This document shows positions 36,683-45,539 of a stretch of DNA of 64,000 nucleotides, one piece after another. How positions within the stretch are numbered: the stretch's first letter is position 1; each line of letters begins with the position of its first letter. Under the pieces are notes generated by a model, which did not search any database, had not been told where the DNA came from, and worked only from the letters and a program-made list of their open reading frames with translations. Position numbers and translations under genes: made by a program. The stretch is from Verrucomicrobiota bacterium (lineage in GTDB: Bacteria > Verrucomicrobiota > Verrucomicrobiia > Limisphaerales > UBA11358), in the NCBI GenBank assembly GCA_049522015.1, contig JBEKOG010000010.1, positions 21,840-85,839 on the forward strand. The letters run 5' to 3'.

Positions 36683-38229
36683 TGATAAGTCCAGGTTTCG
36701 CTTAAAAGGTTGGTTCCCTTTTGCAATGTGCAGCGCAGGTCCACGGGATCGGTGTTGCCGGGCCTGGGTTGCATTTTCAAAATAACGCGCCAGGTGCCCA
36801 GCCCGTAGCAGCGCAGGACCTGGTTGTTCACAATCACCGCGTTGGCGCTGCAATTGGCAACCGCCTGCGGGAGATCGCTTTCGGGAATGGCGTCGAGTTT
36901 CGGCCCGTCGAAATCAATCACGAATTGCCGGCCATTGGGATAGCCTGAGTCCAGCCCCATGCGCGTGGACACGACTTTTTCGTCGGATAGTTTGTCCGTG
37001 TCGCTCATCCAACGAAGCGTGTAGCTGAAGCGGCAGGGTTGCAGCGGCGCGGGTTTGTTTTTGGGATCCCAAAACACCACGATGTTGTCGAAGCCCTCGT
37101 AATTCTCGCTCAGTTCCACCAGATGCAAATCGCCGTCGCCCCAGTTGCCCCGCGGCTCGACCCACACGCTGGGTTCGAGGTGATAAAGGTTGAACATGTC
37201 CTGATACGCCGCAAAGGAACGCTCGCGCTGCAACAGCCCAAAACCGCGGATATTCGGGGCGGAAAAAATCTGGTGGCGCATGACGGACGGATTGTCGAGC
37301 GGATGCCAGAACACTTCGCCGTTGTCCATGCGCACCAGCAATCCGTCGGTGTCATGAACTTCGGGACGGTAATCATCGAATTTGCGCTCCGAATTTTTGC
37401 CGAACAAAAACATGCTCGTCAGCGGCGCCAGGCCGATGGTTCTGATGGGCAGCCGGTTCGTATCCACGGCGTGAACCGTGTTCGTTTCGCGTAAAAACAG
37501 CACGGCTTCAACGTCCGCCACGGTCATTTCACCCGGGTGGATGACAATTTGATACGCGCCCGCGCAACTGACGCTGTCGAGAATGGCAAACAACTTTAAT
37601 TGCCCATCGTCCATTTGCGGCTTGCCCAGCCACCAGTCGGTAAAAATGGGAAATTCCTCCGGCCGGTCCGGTTCCCCGCAGTCCAGGGCCAGTCCGCGCG
37701 CGGATTGACCGTAATGCTGTCCCTTGCTGAGCAGCCGGAAATAGCTCGCGCCGAGAAACGCGCCGATTTCATCCCACTTGTTCGATTCGTTCAATTGATT
37801 CAACAGGCGGAACCCGGCGTAACCGGTGTCTGAAGGAATCTCGTTTTGAATGTGCAACGCGCGGTAATTGAAAAAGTCCTGCACGAACCGGATGGGCTGC
37901 ACGTGCGTGGCCGTAAATTCATAAATGTGAACCGGTTCCTGGTAGATGTAGCCCGGATGAAAAAACTCCGCGTGAAACGGCAGGCCATCCGCCGCCCACA
38001 ACGCCCGCTCGTGCCGGAATTCAATCTCGCGGTATTTGTCGTAATCCAGATTTTCCTGCCGCAGCACCTTCGGCAAATCGGCGCGCGGTGAGTGGAAAGG
38101 ATGGCGCGCGCGTTCGAGAGCGCGTTGCGCCACATAATCCAAATTGACCTCGGCTGATTCCGCGCCGATCAATATCTTGCCGGCCAGCACCAGTCCGATT
38201 GTTAAAACCAGGCAACTAGGTCGCCACAT
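36667..38229 (-). CDS. opgG: Periplasmic glucan biosynthesis protein OpgG/MdoG
   Basis: 520 aa; signal peptide; MdoG-family blocks FHAEFFHPGY, GASYFR, GLALDCG, FWDP. Confidence 0.9.
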   Translation of the reverse strand: MWRPSCLVLTIGLVLAGKILIGAESAEVNLDYVAQRALERARHPFHSPRADLPKVLRQENLDYDKYREIEFRHERALWAADGLPFHAEFFHPGYIYQEPVHIYEFTATHVQPIRFVQDFFNYRALHIQNEIPSDTGYAGFRLLNQLNESNKWDEIGAFLGASYFRLLSKGQHYGQSARGLALDCGEPDRPEEFPIFTDWWLGKPQMDDGQLKLFAILDSVSCAGAYQIVIHPGEMTVADVEAVLFLRETNTVHAVDTNRLPIRTIGLAPLTSMFLFGKNSERKFDDYRPEVHDTDGLLVRMDNGEVFWHPLDNPSVMRHQIFSAPNIRGFGLLQRERSFAAYQDMFNLYHLEPSVWVEPRGNWGDGDLHLVELSENYEGFDNIVVFWDPKNKPAPLQPCRFSYTLRWMSDTDKLSDEKVVSTRMGLDSGYPNGRQFVIDFDGPKLDAIPESDLPQAVANCSANAVIVNNQVLRCYGLGTWRVILKMQPRPGNTDPVDLRCTLQKGTNLLSETWTYQWSPP

Positions 38230-38318
38230 TCAGATAAGGAGAACCGAAGTGGGCTCAATTTGCAAGTTTAGCCAGCAACCACTTGGATGACAATGAATTA
38301 TGCCACTAAAATAACCGT

Positions 38319-39458
38319 TCAATCCAGCGTCTGGCGATAACGTTTGATGCCGATGGCCAGCATCATGACCAAAAACAGCGCAATCGGCCAAAGGTCGGGC
38401 GCGATTTCGGCAAAACCATTCCCTTTCAGCAGAATCCCGCGCACGACCCGCAGAAAATGCGTCAGCGGCAGAATTTCGCCGATGTCCTGCGCCCAGCCCG
38501 GCATGCCGCGAAAGGGGAACATGTAACCCGACAACAACAGTGACGGCAGAAAAAAGAAGAATGCCATCTGCACCGCTTGAAGCTGGTTTTTGGCAATGGT
38601 CGAAAACGTGATGCCGACCGCGAGATTCGCCACGATGAACGGAAACGTCAACACCAGCAGCAACGACACGCTGCCGACAATCGGCACATTGAACAGAAAC
38701 TTCGACGCCAGCAAAATCAGGAAGACTTGAATGTAGCCAACCGTGATATAAGGCACAATCTTGCCAATCATCACCTCACCAGGGCGCGCCGGCGTTGAAA
38801 GCAGGTTTTCCATCGTGCCGCGCTCGCGTTCGCGCGTGATGGCCAGCGCCGTGATGATGATCATCGTCATCGTGAGCATCACGCCCATCAGGCCGGGCAC
38901 GATGTTATTCTGCGTGATGTTTTCCGGATTGTAATGCTGATGCACCACCAGATTGAACGGAGTGGGGCTGCCGCGCAAATTCGTCAGCGGCCCGGTCAGG
39001 TCGCGGTTCAAAACAGTGGTGGTCAGCAGATTGATTGCCGCAATGGCATAACCCACCGCCGAAGGATCGGTCGCGTCGGCTTCCAGCAGCAAATCCGGGC
39101 GTTCGCCGCGCAGCAATTTGCGCGAAAAATCCACCGGAATATGCACCACGAATTGAACCGTGCCTTGCGCGAGCAGTCTTTGAATTTCCGCCTCGCTCTT
39201 CGGTTCGCGAACAATGTCGAAATAACTGCTGTTGCGCAAACCCCACACAATCGTCCGTGAAAAAACGCTATTGTCCGCCGAATAAACCGCCGTGGGCAGA
39301 TGCTTTGGATCGGAATTGATGGCGTAGCCGAAAAGAATGAGCTGGAGCAGCGGAATGCCGATCATCATTGCGAACGTGACGCGGTCGCGGCGCATCTGGA
39401 TGAATTCCTTGCCGACAATCGTCCAGAACCGCCGCCAGTTGAATTCGTGCAGTTTCAC
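38319..39458 (-). CDS. ABC-2 type transporter permease
   Basis: 6 TM ABC-2 pattern (WRRFWTIVGKEFIQMRRDRVTFAMMIGIPLLQLILFGYAI). GTG 39458 has GGAG 8 nt upstream; the ORF-track TTG start at 39518 lies inside a repeat hairpin. Confidence 0.85.
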   Translation of the reverse strand: MKLHEFNWRRFWTIVGKEFIQMRRDRVTFAMMIGIPLLQLILFGYAINSDPKHLPTAVYSADNSVFSRTIVWGLRNSSYFDIVREPKSEAEIQRLLAQGTVQFVVHIPVDFSRKLLRGERPDLLLEADATDPSAVGYAIAAINLLTTTVLNRDLTGPLTNLRGSPTPFNLVVHQHYNPENITQNNIVPGLMGVMLTMTMIIITALAITRERERGTMENLLSTPARPGEVMIGKIVPYITVGYIQVFLILLASKFLFNVPIVGSVSLLLVLTFPFIVANLAVGITFSTIAKNQLQAVQMAFFFFLPSLLLSGYMFPFRGMPGWAQDIGEILPLTHFLRVVRGILLKGNGFAEIAPDLWPIALFLVMMLAIGIKRYRQTLD

Positions 39459-39480
39459 GAAAGCGTCTCCAGTATTTTTG

Positions 39481-39551
39481 TAGCAGCCAACGTGAGTTGG
39501 CTCTGACTTTTTCCGCAAAGACCAGATGGAGTCGACTGACGTCGGCTGCTA
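39481..39551. repeat. Inverted pair of REP-like hairpins
   Basis: TAGCAGCCAACGTGAGTTGGCTC (39481-39503) versus the reverse complement of GAGTCGACTGACGTCGGCTGCTA (39529-39551); related copy GTAGCCGTGGACGTCAGTCCGCG near 6650. Confidence 0.6.
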
Positions 39552-39567
39552 TGATGGTTTGGAAGTT

Positions 39568-40500
39568 TCACGAAAAATTGTCCTTGGCCGTTTCCATCAA
39601 ACTGATGAACACGTCCTCCAGCCCGGATTCGATTTGTTGCCAGCGATATGCGCCGGTCATCCACGGCCCCACACTTGCGCGCAGTTGGGCCGCATCACGT
39701 CCACTGATATGCAACGTTGTGCCAAACGCCACAACCTGTTCGACCCCGGGTTTGCCGCGAATTTTTTCCGCCAGTGCCGGCAAATCCGGCCCGGCAGCCT
39801 CCCAAGTCGTCAGCCCGGCAGCCTTGACGACTTCCTCGACGCTGCCGCGCGCGAGCAAGTTGCCGTAGGCGATGTAGGCCAGCCGATGGCAACGCTCGGC
39901 CTCGTCCATGTAATGCGTCGTGATGAGCACGGTCAATCCGCCGGCGGCAAGCTGATGAATTTCCTCCCAAAAATCACGGCGCGCCTTCGGGTCAACGCCC
40001 GCCGTCGGTTCATCGAGCAGAAGCAATTGCGGCTCGTGAATCAGGCAGGCGGACAGCGCCAGCCGCTGTTTCCAACCACCGGAAAGCGTGCCGGCAAGCT
40101 GGCTGCGTCGCGCAGTCATGCCGAGTTGTTCGAGACTTTTTTCAACGGCGGCTTTGCGTCCCGGCACGCCGTAAATGCGCGCGATGAAATCCAGGTTCTC
40201 CTCGATGGTCAGGTCTTCGTAAAAGCTGAACCGCTGCGTCATGTAGCCAATGTTCTTCTTGATCTCGCCGGATTCACTGCGTATGTCGAAGCCCAGACAA
40301 CGTCCACTGCCGCCGTCGGGCTTGAGCAAACCACACAACATCCGCAGGAACGTCGTTTTGCCGCTGCCGTTCGGGCCCAGAAAGCCGTAAATCTCCCCGC
40401 GCCGCACCTGCATCGGAATGTTGTTCACGACCGTGCGGTTGCCGAACCGCTTCGTGATGCCCTGCACGTCAATGACAAGGTCAGACGGGTTCATGGACAC
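39568..40500 (-). CDS. ABC transporter ATP-binding protein
   Basis: Walker A GPNGSGKTT, signature LSGGWKQRL, Walker B LLLLDEPTAG, H-loop TTHYMDEA. Confidence 0.94.
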   Translation of the reverse strand: MSMNPSDLVIDVQGITKRFGNRTVVNNIPMQVRRGEIYGFLGPNGSGKTTFLRMLCGLLKPDGGSGRCLGFDIRSESGEIKKNIGYMTQRFSFYEDLTIEENLDFIARIYGVPGRKAAVEKSLEQLGMTARRSQLAGTLSGGWKQRLALSACLIHEPQLLLLDEPTAGVDPKARRDFWEEIHQLAAGGLTVLITTHYMDEAERCHRLAYIAYGNLLARGSVEEVVKAAGLTTWEAAGPDLPALAEKIRGKPGVEQVVAFGTTLHISGRDAAQLRASVGPWMTGAYRWQQIESGLEDVFISLMETAKDNFS

Positions 40501-40512
40501 AGTCAGAGGCTT

Positions 40513-40576
40513 GGAGTTCCGCCTTCAGGCGGCACGTGGTGCATGAATGTCGCAGACCGCCTGAAGGCGGGACTCC
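40513..40576. repeat. 64-nt long hairpin between the membrane-fusion and ATPase genes
   Basis: GGAGTTCCGCCTTCAGGCGG (40513-40532) pairs with CCGCCTGAAGGCGGGACTCC (40557-40576), 19/20; each arm also contains its own CCGCC-N4-GGCGG mini-hairpin. Confidence 0.6.
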
Positions 40577-40597
40577 AAACAAAAGCCGGTTCACGGT

Positions 40598-41416
40598 TCA
40601 TTTTGGTTCCAAATCCACATCCACCGGCTGGCCGGGACGAAGGTCCGCCGCATACGCCGGAGAAAATTTCGCCTCGATCATAAAAACCAGTTTAGCCCGG
40701 TTCTCCTGGCTGTAAATCACGGGCGGCGTGAACTCGGCCTGCGTGGATATGTAATTGATGATGGCCGGATAGGCGTGCGGACCGCCGTCGAATGTCACGC
40801 TGACCGTTTGACCGGGCTTGATTCGCGGCAACGCCGCCTGCGGCACAAAGAAACGCACTTTCACATTGCCTGGCGGCAACAGCTCGACGACCGGATTGCC
40901 CGCCGCGACCCATTCGCCGGCGCGATACAACGTGTCGTGTACAAACGCGTTCGCCGGCGCAAATTGTTGCTTTTGATCGAACGACCAGCGCGCTTTGTCC
41001 AGCGCGGCAGTTTGTGATTCCACCTGGGCTTGGTCGGCATCACGCTGCGCGCGGGTCTGGTCGAGTTCTTCGGCGGAAATCACTCCCTGATCGTTGCGCA
41101 ATTGTTGGCGGCGGCCATATTCGGCTTCGGAAAGCGCGAGGCTGGCTTTCGCCTGCGCGAGATTTTTTTCCGCCTGTTGGACAGCAGCGGCTTCCGACCC
41201 GCGTTCCAACTCAAACAACAACTGCCCGGCTTTGACCTCGTCGCCGCGCGCAACGGCCAGGTTCGTCAGCGCGCCGCCGAGCGGTGACGCCACGTAAACG
41301 TATTCGCCTTCGATGTAGCCTTGAAAGACGTTTGAAGAGTTCGAGGAACAACCAGCGACAAAAATCGCTGCCAGTGCAAAACTGAAGGTTAAAATAAATA
41401 TTCTTCGCCGCCACAT
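40598..41416 (-). CDS. HlyD-family membrane fusion (periplasmic adaptor) lipoprotein
   Basis: ATG 41416; lipobox FVAGCSS; biotinyl-lipoyl-like hairpin VARGDEVKAGQLLFELE; coiled-coil region; beta-barrel C-terminus. Confidence 0.85.
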   Translation of the reverse strand: MWRRRIFILTFSFALAAIFVAGCSSNSSNVFQGYIEGEYVYVASPLGGALTNLAVARGDEVKAGQLLFELERGSEAAAVQQAEKNLAQAKASLALSEAEYGRRQQLRNDQGVISAEELDQTRAQRDADQAQVESQTAALDKARWSFDQKQQFAPANAFVHDTLYRAGEWVAAGNPVVELLPPGNVKVRFFVPQAALPRIKPGQTVSVTFDGGPHAYPAIINYISTQAEFTPPVIYSQENRAKLVFMIEAKFSPAYAADLRPGQPVDVDLEPK

Positions 41417-41491
41417 CGGGCAAAGGAAAACCCATGCAACAAAAAATTGCAAGTTTGCACCGAATTGCCCAACTGATAGATTCATGGCCGT

Positions 41492-42874
41492 ATGAAAAAG
41501 TTGTTTTTCTGCGTCGGGGTGTTCATTTGTTTTGTCTGGAACATAACAGCGCAAAACACAAATATCAGTTTGCCCGGCTGGATCACGCGTCCGCTGTCGC
41601 TGACCGACTGCCTCAATATCGCGCTTCAACAAAACGCCACGATTCTCAAGGCCGGGAACGATCTTGAGGCGTCGCAGGGGGTGGTCGTGCAAACTCGCGC
41701 CGTCGCCCTGCCCCAGGTTCAAGCCACCGGCCAATACAAGGACACCGATCCTCACGCGATTGAAAGTCTTCCTTTTCCACCACCACTAGGACCCGTAACG
41801 CTGCCGCATCAAAACTGGAATTCAGGCGTTCAAATCGTCCAATCCATTTACGAGGGCGGGAAAATGGTCGCGGCGTTGCGAGCGGCCAGCGTCACGAAAC
41901 AACAGGCACTGGCGCAATATCAGACTGTGATTGCCGACACCTTGCTTGGTGTGCGAGTGGCGTATTTCGACGTGCTGCTCGCCGCCCAGCAAATCACCGT
42001 GCATGAGGCCTCGGTCAACCTGCTCCAAAAGGAACTCGAAGACCAGCAACGCCGCTACGATGCCGGCACCGTGCCGCACTTCAACGTGCTCCGCGCCGAA
42101 GTCGCTGTCGCCAATGAGCGTCCGGCCCTGATCCGGGCGCGAAACGATTATCGCATCGCCAAAAATAATCTATCCAACCTGCTGGGCTACAATTTGCCGC
42201 GCGAAATTTGGGAGGACATTCCGTTGAACCTGACGGATACGCTCGACGCCGCACCGTATCAGGTGGATTTGCCGGCGGCGATTCAGCAGGCACTGGCCAG
42301 ACGCACGGAACTTGTCGCCGTGCGCAAAACGGCTGAGTTGCAACGCTTGAATGTCGTGAACGCCAAAGCCGGCTACAAACCGACGGTTCAGGTCTTCGCG
42401 GGTTATGGCTGGTATAATGCGCAATATACGCAGCCGGTCGAACTCGATCACGATATTCACGGCTGGAACGCCGGCGGACAGTTGAGCTGGGACATTTTCG
42501 ACGGAATGCTCACGCACGGCAAAGTTGTCCAAGCCAGGGCGCTGTACGAAAAATCCATGACTGACGTGGACGACAAGGGACGCCAAATTGAGCTCGAAGT
42601 TCGCACGGCCTATTCCGATTTCATCGAGGCGCGGGAAGTTCTGGACTCGCAGCAAAAAGTGCAGGAGCAGGCCGACGAAGCCCTGCGTGAAGCGAGAGCG
42701 CGCGCCGAGGCCGGCACCAGCACGCAACTCGACGTGCTCGACGCCGAGACTTCGCTGACGCAGGCGCGCACGACGCAAATCCAGGCGTTGCACGATTATG
42801 TCGTCGCCCGCGCCAGACTCGAACGCGCCATCGGCGAGGACATGATTCAAAAGCCCGCGCCGTCAAAACCATGA
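41492..42874 (+). CDS. TolC-family outer-membrane efflux protein
   Basis: 460 aa, signal peptide, two OEP repeats ([26 protein letters not shown]..., [18 protein letters not shown]...); divergent from the HlyD-ABC operon. Confidence 0.85.
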   Translation: MKKLFFCVGVFICFVWNITAQNTNISLPGWITRPLSLTDCLNIALQQNATILKAGNDLEASQGVVVQTRAVALPQVQATGQYKDTDPHAIESLPFPPPLGPVTLPHQNWNSGVQIVQSIYEGGKMVAALRAASVTKQQALAQYQTVIADTLLGVRVAYFDVLLAAQQITVHEASVNLLQKELEDQQRRYDAGTVPHFNVLRAEVAVANERPALIRARNDYRIAKNNLSNLLGYNLPREIWEDIPLNLTDTLDAAPYQVDLPAAIQQALARRTELVAVRKTAELQRLNVVNAKAGYKPTVQVFAGYGWYNAQYTQPVELDHDIHGWNAGGQLSWDIFDGMLTHGKVVQARALYEKSMTDVDDKGRQIELEVRTAYSDFIEAREVLDSQQKVQEQADEALREARARAEAGTSTQLDVLDAETSLTQARTTQIQALHDYVVARARLERAIGEDMIQKPAPSKP

Positions 42875-42917
42875 TTTGCCATTGACGAAACCGGTGGCTC
42901 TGGGATTTTGTCGGGCT

Positions 42918-44471
42918 ATGGCAAAAATTCAACGGGCGCTGATTTCAGTTTCGGACAAAACGGGCCTGGTTCCGTTCGCGCAAATTCTGGCCAAGGCCGG
43001 AATTGAAATTATTTCCACTGGCGGCACCGCCAAAACGCTGCGCGAGGCCGGACTCACAGTGAAGGACGTCAGCGAATACACGGGCTTTCCTGAAATGCTT
43101 GATGGCCGCGTCAAAACGCTCCACCCGAAAGTCCACGGCGGCTTGCTGTTCATTCGCGGCAACAAAACGCACGAAGCCGCCGTCCGCGCGCACAACATTC
43201 AGCCAATTGATCTCGTCGTGGTGAATCTTTATCCATTCGAGCAAACGGTGGCGAAGCCGGATGTCACTTTGCACGACGCGATTGAGAACATTGACATCGG
43301 CGGGCCTTCGATGCTGCGCAGTGCGGCGAAAAATCACGCCAGTGTCACGGTGGTCGTTGATCCGCTGGACTACGCGGAAGTCGCGGAACACATTTCCGCC
43401 AGCGGCGATACGACCCTCGAACTGCGGCGCAAACTGGCAGCGAAAGTTTTTGCGCGCACTGCCGCCCATGACGGTGCCATTGCCGCGCATCTGCAAAAAG
43501 AATTCAACGTGACGGAGGCTTCCAGCCTGCCATCTTCACTCAATGTTTTCGCGCCGCTGGCGCAGCCGCTGCGTTACGGTGAAAATCCGCATCAAGCGGC
43601 GGCGCTTTACGGCGGTTTCAATGAATTTTTCCAGCAACTGCACGGCAAGGAACTTTCCTACAACAACATTCTGGATTTGACGGCGGCGGCGAATTTGATT
43701 GCGGAATTTTCGGACGACCCGCCGACGCTGGCGATTTTGAAGCACACCAATCCGTGCGGGGTCGGCCAAGGCGCAAATTTGCGTGAGGCGTGGGACAAGG
43801 CGTTGGCGACGGACAAACAGGCGCCGTTTGGCGGCATCATCGCCGTGAACCGTCCACTCGACGGCGCGTGCGCGGAGGTCATCGCGGAAATTTTCAGCGA
43901 GGTCATTGTCGCGCCGGATTTTTCAGCGGAAGCACTGGCAATTTTGAAAAAGAAAAAAAATCTGCGGTTGCTCAAAGTCTTAAAATCACCGCTCGCCGCA
44001 CGGTCGCTGGACGTGCGAAGTGTCGGGGCAAATTCGTTTTTGTTGCAGGAGCGCGATTTGAAAACAGCGGCGCGCGCGGATTTGAAAATCGTCACCCGCC
44101 GGCAGCCAACGGACCATGAATTGCGCGCAATGCTTTTTGGCTGGCGCGTGGTGAAGCACGTGAAGTCAAACGCGATTATTTATGCGGCGGCGGACCGGAC
44201 GCTGGGCATTGGCGCGGGACAAATGAGCCGCGTGGACGCAAGCCGGATTGCGGTCTGGAAGGCGGGCGAAGCGAAGCTTTCGCTGAAAGGCAGCGTGGTT
44301 TGCAGCGACGCATTTTTCCCGTTCCCGGACGGTTTGATTGCGGCGGCGGAAGCGGGCGCAACGGCGGCGATTCAACCGGGCGGTTCGGTGCGCGACGCAG
44401 AAATAATCGCGGTGGCGGACAAACGAAATATGGCCATGGCATTCACCGGCACGCGGCATTTCCGGCATTAA
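42918..44471 (+). CDS. purH: Bifunctional AICAR transformylase / IMP cyclohydrolase PurH
   Basis: [18 protein letters not shown]..., [28 protein letters not shown]-terminal GGSVRD...FTGTRHFRH. Confidence 0.96.
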   Translation: MAKIQRALISVSDKTGLVPFAQILAKAGIEIISTGGTAKTLREAGLTVKDVSEYTGFPEMLDGRVKTLHPKVHGGLLFIRGNKTHEAAVRAHNIQPIDLVVVNLYPFEQTVAKPDVTLHDAIENIDIGGPSMLRSAAKNHASVTVVVDPLDYAEVAEHISASGDTTLELRRKLAAKVFARTAAHDGAIAAHLQKEFNVTEASSLPSSLNVFAPLAQPLRYGENPHQAAALYGGFNEFFQQLHGKELSYNNILDLTAAANLIAEFSDDPPTLAILKHTNPCGVGQGANLREAWDKALATDKQAPFGGIIAVNRPLDGACAEVIAEIFSEVIVAPDFSAEALAILKKKKNLRLLKVLKSPLAARSLDVRSVGANSFLLQERDLKTAARADLKIVTRRQPTDHELRAMLFGWRVVKHVKSNAIIYAAADRTLGIGAGQMSRVDASRIAVWKAGEAKLSLKGSVVCSDAFFPFPDGLIAAAEAGATAAIQPGGSVRDAEIIAVADKRNMAMAFTGTRHFRH

Positions 44472-44863
44472 CGGATGAGCCAGTAAATCAATGCAAATTG
44501 GGCGGCAGTGACAGCAGCCAGCAACCCCCAGACGAATGCTTCACGCAGGTGCAGGCTGCGCTGGCGGGCGGCGGCAAGCCAGAACTGGAGTTTGGCGGAA
44601 CCGAGGGTGATGATGTCACCGTTCCGAAGAATCGCGGTCTGAACGGGTTCGCCGTTGACGGTGGTCAGGGCGTTTGGCGCGGTTGCGAGCGTGAAACCTT
44701 TCTGCCGGTTAAATTCCAGTGTGAGGTGCTGATCCCAAATGCCGGCATCGTCGAGTTGCAGTTCGTTTCCAGGCGCACGTCCGATGCGGAAAGGAAAACG
44801 GCGGGCTGCCGATTGAGCGCCCGCCTTTCTTCCTGAAAGGATGTTGAGTTGAATCATCACCAA
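44468..44863 (-). CDS. FHA-like domain protein with C-terminal TM helix
   Basis: 131 aa; [27 protein letters not shown]...[14 protein letters not shown] resembles an FHA fold; [21 protein letters not shown]; overlaps the Wza-like gene by 7 nt. Confidence 0.55.
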   Translation of the reverse strand: MVMIQLNILSGRKAGAQSAARRFPFRIGRAPGNELQLDDAGIWDQHLTLEFNRQKGFTLATAPNALTTVNGEPVQTAILRNGDIITLGSAKLQFWLAAARQRSLHLREAFVWGLLAAVTAAQFALIYWLIR

Positions 44864-45507
44864 ATTCGACGCGGCACCTGGATTTGGTCGTTAGGATAAA
44901 CCTGCGGATCTTTGGACGAGTCTCGCAACGCTTCGTTGCAATTGACTTTGATGCGCTGGCCGTTGGCGCGGATGAGCCAGACTTTTTTGTGATTGGCAAA
45001 GTCAGTGAAATCGCCCGCAGTCGTAATGGCCTTGGTGACGGTCATTTGGCCGGCGTAGAGCTGGCGTCCGGGCTGTTTAACTTCGCCGGTGACGTAGTAG
45101 ACGCGATCTCCGGTATTCACGGTGACCGTGAGATGGCGGTAAAGCTTCGGCACATAGAGATTATATATTTCGTTCTGAAGTTCCCCCGCAGTTTTGCCCG
45201 CAGCCTGAACATGGCCGATATTGGGCATGGTGATGGTGCCGTCCTCTTTGATGGGCTCCACGTGTGGTTCTATAATTTCCGGCAGGCCGGTCAAGGCCAC
45301 CGCGACAGTGTCACCGACATGAAACCGTGCAACCTCCGCTGCAGAATAGTAGCCTGTAAACGGCGAACCGGTCATTACCGGCGGAGTGGGGGTGTCGGAA
45401 AAGATGGGATCGCTCGATGACGAGTAGCAGCCAGTGAAAATGACACCGGTGAACAGCAGGCCACAGGCAAATAATCCCAAACTTGATGCTTTCCAAAATA
45501 ATTTCAT
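44857..45507 (-). CDS. Polysaccharide export lipoprotein (Wza-like, Poly_export + SLBB)
   Basis: Lipobox FTGCYS; YHVGDTVAVALTG...; DGTITMPNIGHVQAAGKTAGELQNEI; SLBB-like YVTGEVKQPG. Confidence 0.8.
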   Translation of the reverse strand: MKLFWKASSLGLFACGLLFTGVIFTGCYSSSSDPIFSDTPTPPVMTGSPFTGYYSAAEVARFHVGDTVAVALTGLPEIIEPHVEPIKEDGTITMPNIGHVQAAGKTAGELQNEIYNLYVPKLYRHLTVTVNTGDRVYYVTGEVKQPGRQLYAGQMTVTKAITTAGDFTDFANHKKVWLIRANGQRIKVNCNEALRDSSKDPQVYPNDQIQVPRRIW

Positions 45508-45539
45508 TGTCCCTAATCCTTACGAAACTGGGCGCACAA

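Noticed and set aside
36683-36853. N-terminal extension of the opgG-opgH intervening ORF
   Set aside because: It overlaps the 3' end of opgG. Internal ATGs at 36682 and 36670 give non-overlapping or ATGA-coupled starts.
41417-41755. N-terminal 113-aa extension of the HlyD-family ORF
   Set aside because: It crosses the divergent promoter region and the tolC start. The lipoprotein signal peptide begins at ATG 41416.
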